A DNA stretch of 64,000 bases, taken from the NCBI RefSeq assembly GCF_006345805.1, contig NC_042998.1, positions 26,970,001-27,034,000 on the forward strand, in the 5' to 3' direction. Origin of the DNA: Octopus sinensis (lineage: Eukaryota). How positions within the stretch are numbered: position 1 is the first letter of the stretch; every line of letters begins with the position of its first letter. The notes under the pieces are model-generated. The model searched no databases. It saw only the letters and a list, made by a program, of their open reading frames with translations, and had not been told where the DNA came from. Positions 1 to 12,990 of this stretch are shown here, in pieces. The position numbers and the translations under genes were made by a program.

Positions 1-215
1 TATTTTACGTGCCACGGCCACGAGTCGGATAGTGCTTTTTACGTACCACCAGGCCAGAGATCCTGGCTGGTTCAATTCGGTTTCGATTTCGATTTCGCTT
101 GCCCCAACATGTCTTCGCAAGCATGGGGGGTTGGCATGGGTGTCTGTCGTCGGATGAGGTTCTATATCGACTTCGCTTGCCTCAGCCGGTCTTTGTGTCC
201 AAGGGAGGAAAGGCA
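1..215 (-). mobile_element. Fragment of RTE LINE 3' UTR, cut by window edge
   Basis: Shares the TTTTACGTGCCAC/GGCCACG..CGGAT motifs, the (GATTT)n-like tract and CTTGCCCCAACA.GTCTTC.CAAG with the units at 13281-15420. Confidence 0.6.
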
Positions 216-315
216 TTCATATATATATATATATATAACACAAACAAAAGGCATTACATTTGACATAACTTCAATGCTAACAGGATATATATATACATAT
301 ATATATATATATACA

Positions 316-1822
316 CACTGTAAAAACCCATGTAATTTATGCACTTTTTTTGCCAAAACAAAACTAAACTTTAGAGAGTGTGTAAATTACATGAATAGAT
401 CATATCCAGAATTTTTTTAGAAACTTTTTTTGTTGAAAAATGATGCACAAATGTAAACATTCATATAGGAAGTTGACTCATTTAATGTCAGAATAAGTTT
501 TAACAGAAAAAATATAATGAAGTTGAAATTTATTTATGCTGGACGGTATAATGCTTACTTTATCTATATAAATTTACTAAAACCATTAAATGGTTAACTA
601 CTTTTTGACGTTCCTGCTGGTAATCTCAGTCCAGACCATATTTTACATTACTTGGAGTTTCTACCTATCACAATGAAGCCCAGCAATTTCCTTAAATAGA
701 TCAGTTTTTCCCCATTTAAGAAGTCTAGCATGTATTGGCCTCCAGGAAGCTATTGCTCACTTTCTCCGCATTAGGACAATGAAATTCATCACTGCCAACA
801 TCGCCAAAAACAACAATATAATTCATCCTTGCGCATGTAAACTCACTAAGTGAATATGACTTAGCATTCCTACAGGAAACTTCATTTACCTTACACGATG
901 TTTAATGTCATTTCGCATTCATGTTGAATTATGCAGCAATCTTATGTTCTCTTCATAGAACACTTGTAATGTATGTATTACCAGTTCTTTTGGTAGAGTA
1001 GATTTTTGCTGTTCTTGTTTATGTCTCCTCACAGACGTGTATATTCTAACAAGTCGCTTCTTAAGTTTCGCACCTCTCTTGTTCAATAAACACTGAGTTA
1101 AACTTGCAAAGCTGTTTATTTTTTCCTTTCAATTTTTAATGTTTATTTCAGCAGCTTACCAGACTATCGTTTTGGTCTCCAGGTCAAAACAGTAATGACA
1201 AATTTTTAAGTTTGCTTGACATTTTATAAATGTGAAAGAGATTAATATTTCGATGCTCCGTATCAAAGGTTCCAACAAGAATAGGCAGAAAATCAGAGCT
1301 TGAGACAAGAAGACACTTTCGAATTCTGTGTCGGTTGAGTCAAGTGTCATCCAAGCTGATGTTTATTGGTAATTAAACTTATTTTGCAACACTTGTGCAT
1401 ATTCATCAGCTTTTGTTTTTTTCTTGTTGATAAGCAGTATCAACAACTTTCCCTGTGATTGTGATTTGAGAAGACATGCAGAAGTATGCTAATGATCAGA
1501 CATAATCTCTTGTGGGCAAGAAATGTAAAATAAAGTTTATTATAAACAACACAAACACCTTGTAATTTAATACCTTTCAATGTGATACCTGTTAAACAGA
1601 AATTATTCTTATTTAAGGAAAATATATTAAACTCTAATCATAAGTAAAATTATGCTAAATACAACTAAATTGAAAACCTTTTTCCCCAGGCCATATTGAC
1701 AATTCTGAAAACTTTTGGGTGCAAATTTTACACAAGTAGAAGCATTTTTTTAACAACTTTTATCCTGAAAATCACCTGTGCAAAATTACACAGGTGTGCA
1801 AATTACATGAGTTTTTACAGTG
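316..1822. mobile_element. Non-autonomous Tc1/mariner-pogo-type DNA transposon (~1.5 kb)
   Basis: TIRs CACTGTAAAAACCCATGTAATTT (316) and AAATTACATGAGTTTTTACAGTG (ends 1822), set in TA-rich flanks; no transposase ORF recognised. Confidence 0.7.
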
Positions 1823-2779
1823 TATACATACATATATATATATGTATAAGTGTTAATGAAAATGAGTGCTCAACACCACTTTGGTGGATATGTTTCATTG
1901 GATATGTGTGTGTGTGAGTGTGTGTATATATATTCTTTGAGCCTGTTGTCTTTAAAAATTAAAGTATGTCACAAAATAAAATAGTCAATACTGAACTAAG
2001 TGAAAGACTAGGGAAAATTTGCAAAAATGACAGCTGCAAGAAAAAATTTGCAAACTTTACACACTTAATATTGTAAGGAAATAAATTTTAATTTATGAAA
2101 ATTTATACCTTTAGAGATGAGAAAAAAAACAAATTAATGCTCTCAGTTAACCCTATCCACGACCTAATTTCGTTTCACAGGTTGAGGCTATTTCCTTTCA
2201 TCTATGCAATTAATTCCCATGAGGAAAACATCAACATGACAATATCATATTTCTCTTTCTTTATAAATATATCTAGTATTGTCCCAAATGAAAGAAATCA
2301 ATATTTAAAAAAAAAAAGAAACTCATTCAATGTTTATACATCCATATATATTATTTACACATGTACATCCATTTTTATTTTTTTTTTTATAATAAATTTA
2401 AAAATCAGTAATTCAGAAAAGTCTAACAGTAAAAGGATTCCTCAGAAGTTAAGAGTCGCACTGCCACACATGATAATATACCTGCATATGCTTACAAATG
2501 GTAATCAATACTAATAGCACAATGCTAATGCATTTGTGTTTAAGGCTATGTAGGACAGCATATAATTCCAACCCTTGCTTTGATTGCAATATGTTACACT
2601 TTCGAGATTCTTAAATTGAATTAATGAAATATGTCATTAACGAAACGAGTAATCACTTCACCTTCGGTACGTCAGTCATGCTGCCTTACTTGAATAAAGA
2701 GAAACATTACAATGTAGTTCTAATTATCATCTTCATCATCATAACCCTGACCACCACCACCATCACCACTGCCACCACT

Positions 2780-3240
2780 GCCATCATCATTCAAACTCAG
2801 ATTTTCCATGCTTGCATGGACTGGATGGATCTTTTCCCCTGCACATCATCTCCCCCACTTGTTGTAGTCCTTTATCATCTTCATGGAGTTCAGAAACGAG
2901 TGTCTTTCACAAATTTTTTCCCATGACCCCTTTAGTCTTCCTCCATACATTCCTTTCACTTGGATCACCTACCACTTATTTACTTAAGTGTCATCACCAT
3001 ATACACAGCATGTCTATACTAACTCATTCTTCTCTCTTGCACATTACATCCGATACCTCTTATCTTCAATCAGCACATTTGGGTTTCATTGTTCATGCAC
3101 ACAAACATCGCACATCTAACAGAGCATGTGCATCTCATTTCTTTTCAGACTTTGCTGCATTCAATACTTATGTCTTGCTACCATGCAACATCTCAATTCA
3201 TACATAAGTGTCATACAATCTACTCTTCATTTGGAGAGAA
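2780..3240 (-). mobile_element. Old degenerate RTE LINE 3' end
   Basis: (CAT)n tail plus TTCCATGCTTGCATGG, then sequence aligning by eye with 15530-15870 (TCTCTCTTGCACA etc.). Confidence 0.6.
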
Positions 3241-3829
3241 AATATAGAAGTAACTTGAAATTTTCCTCAAAAAAATTACCTAAAACTAATTATTAATTGT
3301 TGCCATCAATTCTTTGACTGAACATTCCAGTTTGATAACTGTCCAATTCTGTTTATGCAAAAGATTAGCATTCTTTATGAAAACAAGTATTCTACTATCT
3401 AAGATTATATTAACTGTATTGTTGTAGAAAGAAATTTAACATTACCTATTTAAGCACTGTGTGAGAAAATTAACCAGTGTGTCAAAGACCAAGTTTAGGG
3501 AATACAAACATACACATGTACATACATATATACATGCACACATACACACACACACACACTTGTATACAAATGCATGCTGATGCACACACAGGCACACAAA
3601 CAAACAAAAGGAATGCAGTTCCGATAACGGACAAGTCAACAACTATTGAGAAGGTTGCAAGGAGCAATGAAAATTCTGGAAGGAAAAAAGGAATAGATAT
3701 ACAAGTAAATTGAGCAGAAATTGAACTGGTGAGTGTGTTAATTAATAAGGCATAAAGACAAAATGACTCTCCCCAGACACAACAAATTATATTTTGACAT
3801 AAAAGCCTTACAGATAAAGATTCTTCCTG

Positions 3830-4062
3830 AGTCATATAGACTCAGGGCCAGTTTCCTAGTTTCTGCAGCATATATATTTTTCCCTATGGTCAGGGCACCA
3901 GTCAATCACAGAATTACTCAATTTTGCCAGCTTAGTGGATTGCAGCAACATGAAATGGAGTGTCTTGCTCAAGAACACAATGCATCACTTGGTCCAGGAA
4001 TTGAAACCACAACATTACGATCAGGAGTCCAACACCTTAACCACTAAGCCACACGCCTTCAC
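3830..4062 (-). mobile_element. tRNA-derived SINE (family D)
   Basis: Minus-strand head GCGTGTGGCTTAGTGGTTAAGGTGTTGGACTC..GGTTTCAATTCC (A/B boxes); body resembles 35990-36100. Confidence 0.65.
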
Positions 4063-4323
4063 CATTAAAAGCCTTACTTTGATAAAGCTTGTTGAAACAT
4101 TTATGCATTTGTACATGTAAGAACTTGTACATGTGAGAATTTATTTAGAAATCTCCAGAACTAAGAAGTTCTAAGAACTAAGAAGAATAAAGAATTACTT
4201 GACTGTAAACCAAAGAAAACCTCAGTCAAGTTCATGAAGTGATATTTAACCTTCCTAGTATATTTACTTTAAATTATGTTGAAATATTTAAATTGATGTA
4301 AAGTTGTCATAACTCTAATTCAA

Positions 4324-4550
4324 TTAACCCTTTAGCATTCAGGTTTCTCTGTCAAATGTAATCCTTATTTATTCACATTGTTTTGAATGAATCATGCATT
4401 ATCTCAAAACTTTGTGATTCCAATGATGTGATTGTTTATTTTTAGAATGACATTGTGGGGTAGGTGTGAGATGTTGCATCTGGCCAGTTTGAACATAAGA
4501 CAAAGAAAATATTTTGGCCAGATATGGCTGGTTTAAGTGCTGAAGGGGTT
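4324..4550. mobile_element. piggyBac-type MITE (~225 bp); other copies at 24141-24366, 28965-29187, 46440-46961 (interrupted), 56150-56345
   Basis: TTAA-CCCTTTAGCATT...AATGCTAAAGGG-TTAA termini (clearest at 24141-24366) and a shared internal TTAGAATGACATTG motif. Confidence 0.8.
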
Positions 4551-4785
4551 CTGTTATTAATTAAGACTATAATTCAATGCTAAAACATTGTAGAAAAGAC
4601 ACGAAGAAATGATTTGAGCAGCAGTAGACTGATTAATGATAGACAAAATGTGCTTAGTGGCATTTTTTTTTTTTTTTTTTGGTGGGGTGTGCTAACAATT
4701 CTGCCAGCTTGCCACCTGTGTTTTATGTATACAGGGTGGTGCAAAAATAAGTATACAGTTATGAAAAAAGAAAAAAAAAACAATA

Positions 4786-5184
4786 CTCTTTTACTTGCTT
4801 CAGTCATTTGACTGTGGCCATGCTGGAGCACCACCTTTAGTCGAGCAAATCGACCCCGGGACTTATTCTTTATAAGCCCAGTACTTATTCTATCGGTCTC
4901 TTTTTGCCGAACCGCTAAGTGATGGGGACGTAAACACACCAGCATCGGTTGTCAAGCAATGCTAAGGGGACAAACACACACACACCAACATACACACAAA
5001 TACATATATATATATACATATATACGACGGGCTTCTTTCAGTTTCCGTCTACCAAATCCACTCACAAGACATTGGTCGGCCTGGGGCTATAGCAGAAGAC
5101 ACTTGCCCAAGATGCCACACAGTGGGACTGAACCCGGAACCATGTGGTTGGTTAGCAAGCTACTTACCACACAGCCACTCCTGC
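4786..5184 (-). mobile_element. Full-length tRNA-headed SINE (family A, commonest in window)
   Basis: Head GCAGGAGTGGCTGTGTGGTAAG..GGTTCCGGGTTCAGTCCC, internal (TA)n(TG)n tract, tail CAGTCAAATGACTGAA.CAAGTAAAAGA; near-identical to 22035-22420 and 48236-48720. Confidence 0.9.
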
Positions 5185-5247
5185 TTAGTGACATTTTTTT
5201 TTTGGTGGGGTGTGCTAACAATTCTGCCGCCTTCAGTGTTTTATGTA

Positions 5248-5496
5248 TACAGGGTGGTACAAAAATAAGTATACGGTTATGAAAAAAGAAAAAAAATACA
5301 ATAGTCATTTATATTTATCAAAAAAATTAAAAGTTACAATAAAAGTAATATCATAGTTATGATAAATGCATTATTAAAAATTATGAAAATATCAAAAATG
5401 AGGCTAATGTGCAAATAATTTTAATGAATCAAGTATTATAACATTGATGTGATACTTACTGTATACCTACTTTTGCACACCACCCCCACCCCTGTA
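5248..5496. mobile_element. Tc1/mariner MITE (left end also duplicated at ~4728)
   Basis: TA-CAGGGTGGT(A/G)CAAAAATAAGTATAC versus the inverted GTATACCTACTTTTGCAC..CCCTG-TA. Confidence 0.65.
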
Positions 5497-5560
5497 TAAG
5501 AACACTTATTTTAAAATTCATTTGAAGTATCATCATCTGGTCAAGATTGTTCCAACATTT

Positions 5561-5670
5561 TTAACCCACACAATCCATCCGTCTTGGTCCTTCATTAGTT
5601 GAGGAAGGTTTCCAAAGAGGGTAACCAGTGTTTCTAGTGAGTTGATCTACATATGTGGCATTTGGATGAC
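5561..5670 (-). CDS. Candidate terminal coding exon of an unidentified host gene: (G)HPNATYVDQLTRNTGYPLWKPSSTNEGPRRMDCVG*
   Basis: Acceptor ATATTTTTCAG| followed by a unique, relatively GC-rich island open for 35 codons in one frame, while the other two frames stop early. No homology recognised. Confidence 0.3.
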
Positions 5671-5719
5671 CTGAAAAATATATAATTTTTCAATATTTTC
5701 TCAATGAATAAATTGCGAG

Positions 5720-6556
5720 CAGGGCCAGCCTTAAGCCAATTGGAACTGATTGCTCCCAATCAGGCCATGCACCCAAAGGGGTCTTGATTTTAAGTCAGCC
5801 ACATCCTATACTGTTACATTTCCATGAAGGTGGCCTCCCTGATGTTTAAAAAAATCTACATAAAAATGCTCTTTAAAAAAAAAAGAATCTTTCTACACTA
5901 GATACAAAAAGATAAACCCATTCATCCAAAATTGCTTAGGTCAGCCTTGCTTGTATTTTTAGTGTAAGGGTCAATTGTATGTATGCATGTGTGTATGTTT
6001 GGGAGTGTTGATGGGTATGTTTTGGTAAAACATTTGTATGTGTGTGTGATAGTATGTATGTATGTGGCTGCTTTAGTGTATGGTGAATTGTATGTATGTG
6101 TGCATATGTTTGTGTGTGTGAGTTGGTATAAATATACTTTTGTAAATGTTTAAATTCTAAATTATCAATTTGCATTTTATGTATATCTCTTTTAGCATAA
6201 CATCATGCAACAGATAAGAGTTGCTTAGGGGTTTTGTTAAATAGCTTTCTAATTTTTGCCAGAATGTTTTTAAAAAGTGTAGCTTAGATGTAGTTTCAGT
6301 GTAGTTTAGATGTAGTTTTCTGATGGTGAAAATTTTTGGTAAATTTATAGTTTAACACCCAACTCGATTTCAATGGAGAATAATATATTTTCCTGTTTTT
6401 TTTTTCTTGTGCTATCAACTAATCCCATCTCTTAATATGCTACCAATGATATTTTCCATGGAAATCGGAGGGGTAGGAGATAGGGTGGATCCTCGGAAAT
6501 TCCCCCTCCCCCTCACTTCACCCCAATGTGCCTTGCACGTCCTAAAGCCGGCCCTG
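5720..6556. mobile_element. Non-autonomous hAT element (837 bp)
   Basis: TIRs CAGGGCCAGCCTTAAG / CCTAAAGCCGGCCCTG; 8-bp flanks ATTGCGAG / GTTGCAAG (6/8 identical, decayed TSD). Confidence 0.75.
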
Positions 6557-7754
6557 GTTGCAAGTCCTAGGATACTGAATTTGTCTGTCAGTTTGTTTGG
6601 GGAGGATGGTGTTGAAAAAAACTTATTTTGAACGGGTTTAGTTATTGAAATAGATATAGACAATGAAAATAAGAGAACAGAGAAAAAACAAGAATGAATT
6701 TAGTTAGTCTATCAGAAATAACGATAGGTATTCAAGGCACATACAAACTACCACTAGCAAAGTAAATGAAAAAAAAGTGCTGTATTTTAGTCATATTATT
6801 TCACAATGCACATACCATAAAGAGTTGCTGGCAGTGTGGCTCTGTGTGTGTGTGTGTGTAGGGGTGAAGGAGCTATGACCTAACTCATTTAAAGCAGTTG
6901 TAAGAAATAGTGGAACAAAATGAAAATATAAATATGACTGATTGTTGCTTCTCATGTCAAAGTAAATCATAACATGCAAAATAATTAAATATTTTGACAT
7001 AATTCATGATAAATGTGACTAAATGTAATAGGAAGAATGGAAAAAATTAAAAAAGCTTTCAAAACAACATAAATTGAGAATCGTCTCCATGATAGATGAC
7101 AAAAGAAAACAAATTATATCTTAGTTACTTGAAATTGTAAACAATGAAAATGATTGTAAGAATACATGTTTCAAAAATTTCCCCTGATGAATTTCTCTCT
7201 ACATTTCTGCCAATTCCACAAAATAAAAGAACGGCAAGTTTGTAAATTTTTTTTCCTTTTTTTATTAAATTACAAAACAAAAAAGTGTCTATTCTTTCCA
7301 TATCTTGTCCTGAAAAGTATTATCAAGTTACACATATTGCTACGCTTATACATAAGCAAGTCATATATTTTTTTTTTCCTTTTTAGCTTAAGTTTGTGAT
7401 CTAAACTTTAAAGAATATTATATAACAATAGATTGATTCAAAAACCTATATATCATTTCTGTGAGACTAAACAACAGACTAATTGATAACTTAGTTTGGT
7501 AAGAGACCGAAACTAATAATTTTATTTAAAAAATGACATATTTTGATACATAGAAATTCTGGTTGTAGATGTTCTGTCTGTAGATGTTCCAAAATTGAAT
7601 TGTTTTAAGAAACATTTAAGACTTTAGATTTTATTTTCAACAAAAACAGGCTTTTCTACTGATTTCAACAACAAGTAATCCAATTGGTTGATTAATTGAA
7701 GTACCTACTCATTGATTTATGGTGCAAGTGTTTGAGTATTCCACAGCCTCACAG

Positions 7755-8135
7755 ATGTAAAAAGCACCAGTGCTGGTGCCTCATATGAAGCACTGGTGCC
7801 ATGTATAAAGCACCTGTGCTGTTACCAAATATAAAGCACTCATTCTGGGGCCACATGGAAAACACCGGTGCTGGTGACACATACAAAGCATCCATGCTGG
7901 TACCATATATAAAATACCCATGTTGGTGCCATATGAAGAGCACCCCTGGTAGTGTCACATATAAAGCACCTGTGCTGGTGTTATGCCATTCCTATTGCCA
8001 ACCATTCTGTAAAGTGGTTGGCACTAGGAAGGGCATGAAGATGTAGAAGCCATGCCAAAACAGACAATTGGAACTTGATGCAACTCCTGGCCTTGCCAGC
8101 TCCTGTTAAACCATCAGAATCATTAGCATGCCAGG
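7755..8135 (+). mobile_element. RTE-3'-tail element with ~9 tandem ~26-bp subrepeats
   Basis: Repeated AAAGCACC.GTGCTGGTGCCAYRTA units followed by GTGGTTGGCA.TAGGAAGGGCAT; similar copy at 35560-35920. Confidence 0.7.
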
Positions 8136-8332
8136 TGAAATGCTTAGCAGTATTTTGTCTGTCATTACGTTCTGAGTTCAAATTCTGACGAGGTCGACTT
8201 TGCCTTTCATCCTTTTGGGGCCAATAAATAAAGTACCAGTTTCGCACTGGGATTGATGTAATCAACTTAATCCCTTTGTCTATCCTTGTTTGTTCCCTCT
8301 AAGTTTAGCCCCTTGTGAGTAGTAAAGAAATA
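8115..8332 (+). mobile_element. tRNA-headed SINE family B (Meta/Sauria-like central domain); other copies ~39822-40050, 44510-44725, 50715-50930, 52975-53400, 55506-55915, 56470-56700, 61160-61365
   Basis: Shared GAGTTCAAATTC.G..GAGGTCGACTTTGCCTTTCATCCTTT.GGGG.C.ATAAA..AAGTACCAG core. The domain name is from recalled similarity, not a search. Confidence 0.8.
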
Positions 8333-10746
8333 TATATGGTAAAAGACACTTGCCCAAAAATGCTACACAATGGGAGTGTTATTTTGAGTAAACATGGAAT
8401 CTCGTGATTGTGAAGCAAAATTGTTAACCACCTGGCTAGGACTGTAATCCACATCAATACAGTTATTGGTAGAACTTTCACTTCTGTCTAGTTGCATTCT
8501 ATTAACTTTGAAGTACTTGAAAACTCAGTAGTTCAACTGAACTTCTTCCTTCTCGACATAGATAACCTTCTTACAGTTACCTCTATACCTTGACACTGAT
8601 ATGCTACTGATAAGCGCCCATCACTTTGTTTTCTATATCTAGACTGTTTTGATTACAAGTAACTACAACAACTCTTAACAATCCTAAATATTCTCTATCA
8701 GTGAGATGTCCAAATCCTCAAGAAACAACAACCTGACAATTTACTCTTACTTAGCAACTGTTCTTTACTTATCCAATCATTTTAACAATGGCCTTAAGTC
8801 CTCGTTTAAAAAAAAAATTGTTAATACTTCTAATCTTACACAAAATACTCTCATTTTTCCATCTCCTCGTCTGTGTGTGAGTGTGTATGTATACACACAC
8901 GCACACACAAAAAAAAAAAAAAAAAACAACAAACATAAACACACACATAGGTGAGTGCTGAGGGGATTCCACTGAGAATAATGTAAAAGCACACTTAAAT
9001 TTTTGTTTATTAACTAACATAGGTACAACCATTTGTATATTCAAAATTTATGAAGTTCAAGTCTACCTTTCATCCCTCTGATGTTGATAGAATGAAATAG
9101 AAGTCAGACCCCTAGAGATAGTTTAATAGACTGTCTCCTTCCTCATGGTAATTAATTATGCCCCTTTAAGTTTTCAACTCAAAACTCATCAAAGATTGCT
9201 CTGTTTTTCCCCTTACAATGTCAACAGAATAAGTATCAGTCGAATATTTTAGTCATTTATTCATGTGGCAAACTTTAAAAAGAGAAAAGTATCCTCATTA
9301 TTATTAGTATTAACAGAATTAATCACCAATATTATTATTTACAAAATATACACATTTAGACTTTATGTTTGGTGAACTAATTTATGTGTATACATATATT
9401 TTGATTTCGTAGATCAAAGTATTTTATGAAATCAACAGAAACAAAATTAAAAGATGCAGTGCGGCAGTGTATACACACACACACATTACATTTCCATAAA
9501 GATTTTTTTATGAAGCATCCATCCCAAAAGAAAGAAGCTGAACATCACTCTAATGCAACAACAACAAAAAAAATACTAATGTCGACTTTGTATCGAGCAA
9601 TGACAGTAGAAAACCAGATGCAATAATTTAATGGCAAAATAGTAAACAATGAAAGGGGGAGGAAAAAAATTAAGATAATCAATAAGAACAAAAATTTCAA
9701 ACAGCTGATGTGAACACAATGATATCAAACACATTTATAAAATATATTGCTTAAATGAATATCTTTTCAATTGTGCAAAATGTAAGGTGACTTGAGAACT
9801 AAAAGAGAAAGCAAAGGTACTTTATGAACACAACATACAATACACAACAACTACAATTGATTCTTCAAACATTATCTAGTTGTAAAACTTCTTTTCAAAG
9901 AATTTATACAATAGAGTTTGAAGAATATTGATGGCTTGATTTTTTTTTTTTTTTTGCCTTGTTTATTTGTCGTGTGTGGATAAGTACAAACACATTTATA
10001 TGCACATGTATACACATAAATGCATACAAATATATATATATATTCATATGTATATACATATAATACAAATTTGATGTAGTTAGCCTATAGCTCCAAGCAC
10101 CTATGCTGTAGAACATAGACAAATGTAAATATATCATACTTTTCTCTATACACATAGAAAAATAAAGGAGATTATCCTCAAATAGTTCAAGGTTTCGCTT
10201 AACCTCTGCAGAGTGGCCAACCAACCATGAAACATTACATTAATCTCATTTCTTTTTAAATGTAAAGAGAATAACAAAATGTCTTTAGATTTGACTACTT
10301 TCATAAACTGGAGCCTAACAGCATAAAAATTTATGTTAAATTCACTAATACATGATATTTCATCATAAAATGTATATTAATTATTTCATCATGCTAACAA
10401 CAGATGCATGGTATGCAAATTAGTTGATCATCTGCTATGTCGTGATCGGAGTGATTGCTATTACATCCTCAATGTGGGTACAAGGAAGAGGACTACATTA
10501 TCTGCTGCAAAAGTGTCCAATAAGACATAAAACATAACGGAATAATCTCCATTTTTTGTCTGCAAAGAAAATACAAAATGAATTTACATTTGTTTGCTTG
10601 CCTCACTAAAGTCCATGTACACTCTGCACTGAATACGTTAAATTAATGCAGAATATTTTTACAAATACTATAACAAGCACTCAAATACATACACACACAC
10701 ACATGTATATCTTTGTGCATATGCATATATTATATATATATATATA

Positions 10747-11142
10747 CTAGCAGTATCGTCCGACGTTGCTCGGGTTTGTAAGGGAAATAACTATATAAGC
10801 ATTTTTAGAGAGTTATAGCCAAAAGATAGCAAAAAATGCATTAAAAATGGGAAAAAATGATGGTAAATTTTTTTTTAAATCGTTGACTCATCGTAGACAT
10901 TTTTAGAGAGTTACTTCCCTTATATAATAGCGAAATAAATGCATTAAAATGGAAAAAAATGATGGTAATTTTTTTTTAAATCGTAGACTCATCGTAGACG
11001 CGCGCTAATACCCAGAAGGGCTCGATATGAATCACGACTATAAGATACCCGGTTTTGGTTAAACTGCACCACAAAATGTGGGAGTAGTTAGGAATCTAAA
11101 TCGTAGGAGACAGACACACAACTTCACTTTTATATATAAAGA
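10747..11142 (-). mobile_element. Non-autonomous Helitron with an internal ~110-bp tandem duplication
   Basis: Minus strand begins TC and ends CCCGAGCAACGTCGGACGATACTGCTAG (hairpin plus CTAG), inserted between A and T; same 3' end as the four plus-strand copies. Confidence 0.8.
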
Positions 11143-11159
11143 TATATATATATATATAA

Positions 11160-12025
11160 TCATCATCATCGTTTTACACCCGCTTTCCATGCTGGCATGG
11201 GGTGGACGGTTTGACTGAGGACTGGTGAGCCAGAGGTTGCACCAGGCTCAATCGGATCTAGCAAAGTTTCTACAGCTGGATGCCCTTCCTAATGTCAACC
11301 ACTCTAAGAGTGCAGTGGGTGCTTTTATGTGCTACTGGCATGAGGGCCAGTCAGGCGGTTCTGGCAACAACCACGCTCAAAAGGTATTTTTATGTGCTAC
11401 CTGCATGGGAGCCAGTCTGGCAGCACTGGCAATGGCCACGCTCGAATGTTGTTTTTCACGTGCCACCGGCACATGTGCTGGTAAAGCGACGCTGGCAATA
11501 ATCACGCTTGAATGGTGCTTTTCATATGTCACTGGCACAGGAGCCAATCCGTGGCCCTGGCAAGAACACGCTTGGATGTGCTTTCAACGTTCCACTGGCA
11601 CGAGTGCCAATCAGGCGATACTGTCATCAGCCATATCAGCAATTTTGATTCTAATTTCACTTGTTTCTATAGATATTCACAAGCAAGGTTTATTGTCCAA
11701 TGAATGAGTGGCTACACCCACTGGCATGGGCTATGGGCTATGGTCTCACTTGGCTTATCGAGTCTTCTCAAGCATAGCATAACTTCAAAGGTCCCGGTCA
11801 CTAGTCATTGCCTCAGTAAAGCCCAATGTTTGAAGGTCGTGCTTCAACAGCTCATCCCAGGTTTTCCTGGGTCTACCTCTTCCATAGGTTACCTCAACTG
11901 CTAGGGTGTGACACTTTTTCACACAGCTCTCCTCATTCATTCGCAACACATGACCATACCAGTGCAGTCATCTCTCTTGCACACCACATCCGATGCTTCT
12001 TAAATCCAACTTTACTCAGAGTACA
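11160..12025 (-). mobile_element. 5'-truncated RTE LINE (ORF end ~11760-12025 plus ~600-bp 3' UTR and (GAT)n tail)
   Basis: 11760-12025 aligns by eye with 15435-15720; the tail matches 12824-12990. Confidence 0.85.
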
Positions 12026-12160
12026 CTGATAAATATATGTGTACATTAATGGATAGGTGGGTAGTAGGTATGTTTTATGTTATAAAGTATATAATGTGTG
12101 TGCATGTGTATACATATATATATACACACAAACACACGCACATACATACATACATACATA

Positions 12161-12190
12161 CGGACGGACGGACGGACGGACGGACGGACG

Positions 12191-12260
<70 letters not shown>
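12161..12260. repeat. Compound (GGAC)n(AGAC)n microsatellite
   Basis: Read directly; same structure at 38439-38577. Confidence 0.95.
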
Positions 12261-12315
12261 GGTAGCATGCAAAGCAATTGTGTAAAATAAGATGTGGGTC
12301 AGTTCAAATATGTTT

Positions 12316-12820
12316 GGGGCATATTTGACCAGTGAAAAGGCAATTTTGTCTGCTGTCTGCCATGGAGAAAATTTCTTACTTCAGTAAAAGGTGTTAAAAA
12401 CACTGAAGATATTTCAGAGCAACTCCTATGGACTAGTAGATGCATTTTGAGCTTCTGATTCCCTTTTCAGCACCAGATACCAAGCAGGGCAACTCCTAAT
12501 GGACTGCAAGTCTTGAATTCTTTATAAGAGATCGGTAAATACTATTCACAGAATGTGTGTTTCAACCACCAAGAGAAAACAAAATATATGAATGATGTGC
12601 AAAGCAGTGGTGTAGAATAAAACAAACTTTGGACCAGTTCATAATTGCCCTGCTTGGTATCTGATGCAGAAGAGATCAAATTAAATTTGAAATGCATCCA
12701 CCAATTTATAGGGGATACTCTGAAATGACTTTTGTGTTTTTAACTCTTTTCTAAAAGCAAAACATTTTCTCCATGTCAGACTGCGGTGAAATTGCCATTT
12801 TACTGGTCAAATATTCACCC
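12316..12820. mobile_element. Fold-back MITE with ~190-bp diverged inverted arms
   Basis: ATATTTGACCAGTGAAAAGGCAATTT versus AAATTGCCATTTTACTGGTCAAATAT; CAGATACCAAGCAGGGCAA versus TTGCCCTGCTTGGTATCTG. Confidence 0.75.
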
Positions 12821-12990
12821 ACCCATCATCATCATCATCATTAACGTCCGCTTTCCATGCTAGCACGGGTTGGACGGTTCAACTGGGGTCTGGGTAGCCC
12901 GAAGGCTGCACCAGGCCAGTCAGATCTGGCAGTGTTTCTACAGCTGGATGCCCTTCCTAACGCCAACCACTCCGAGAGTGTAGTGGGTGA

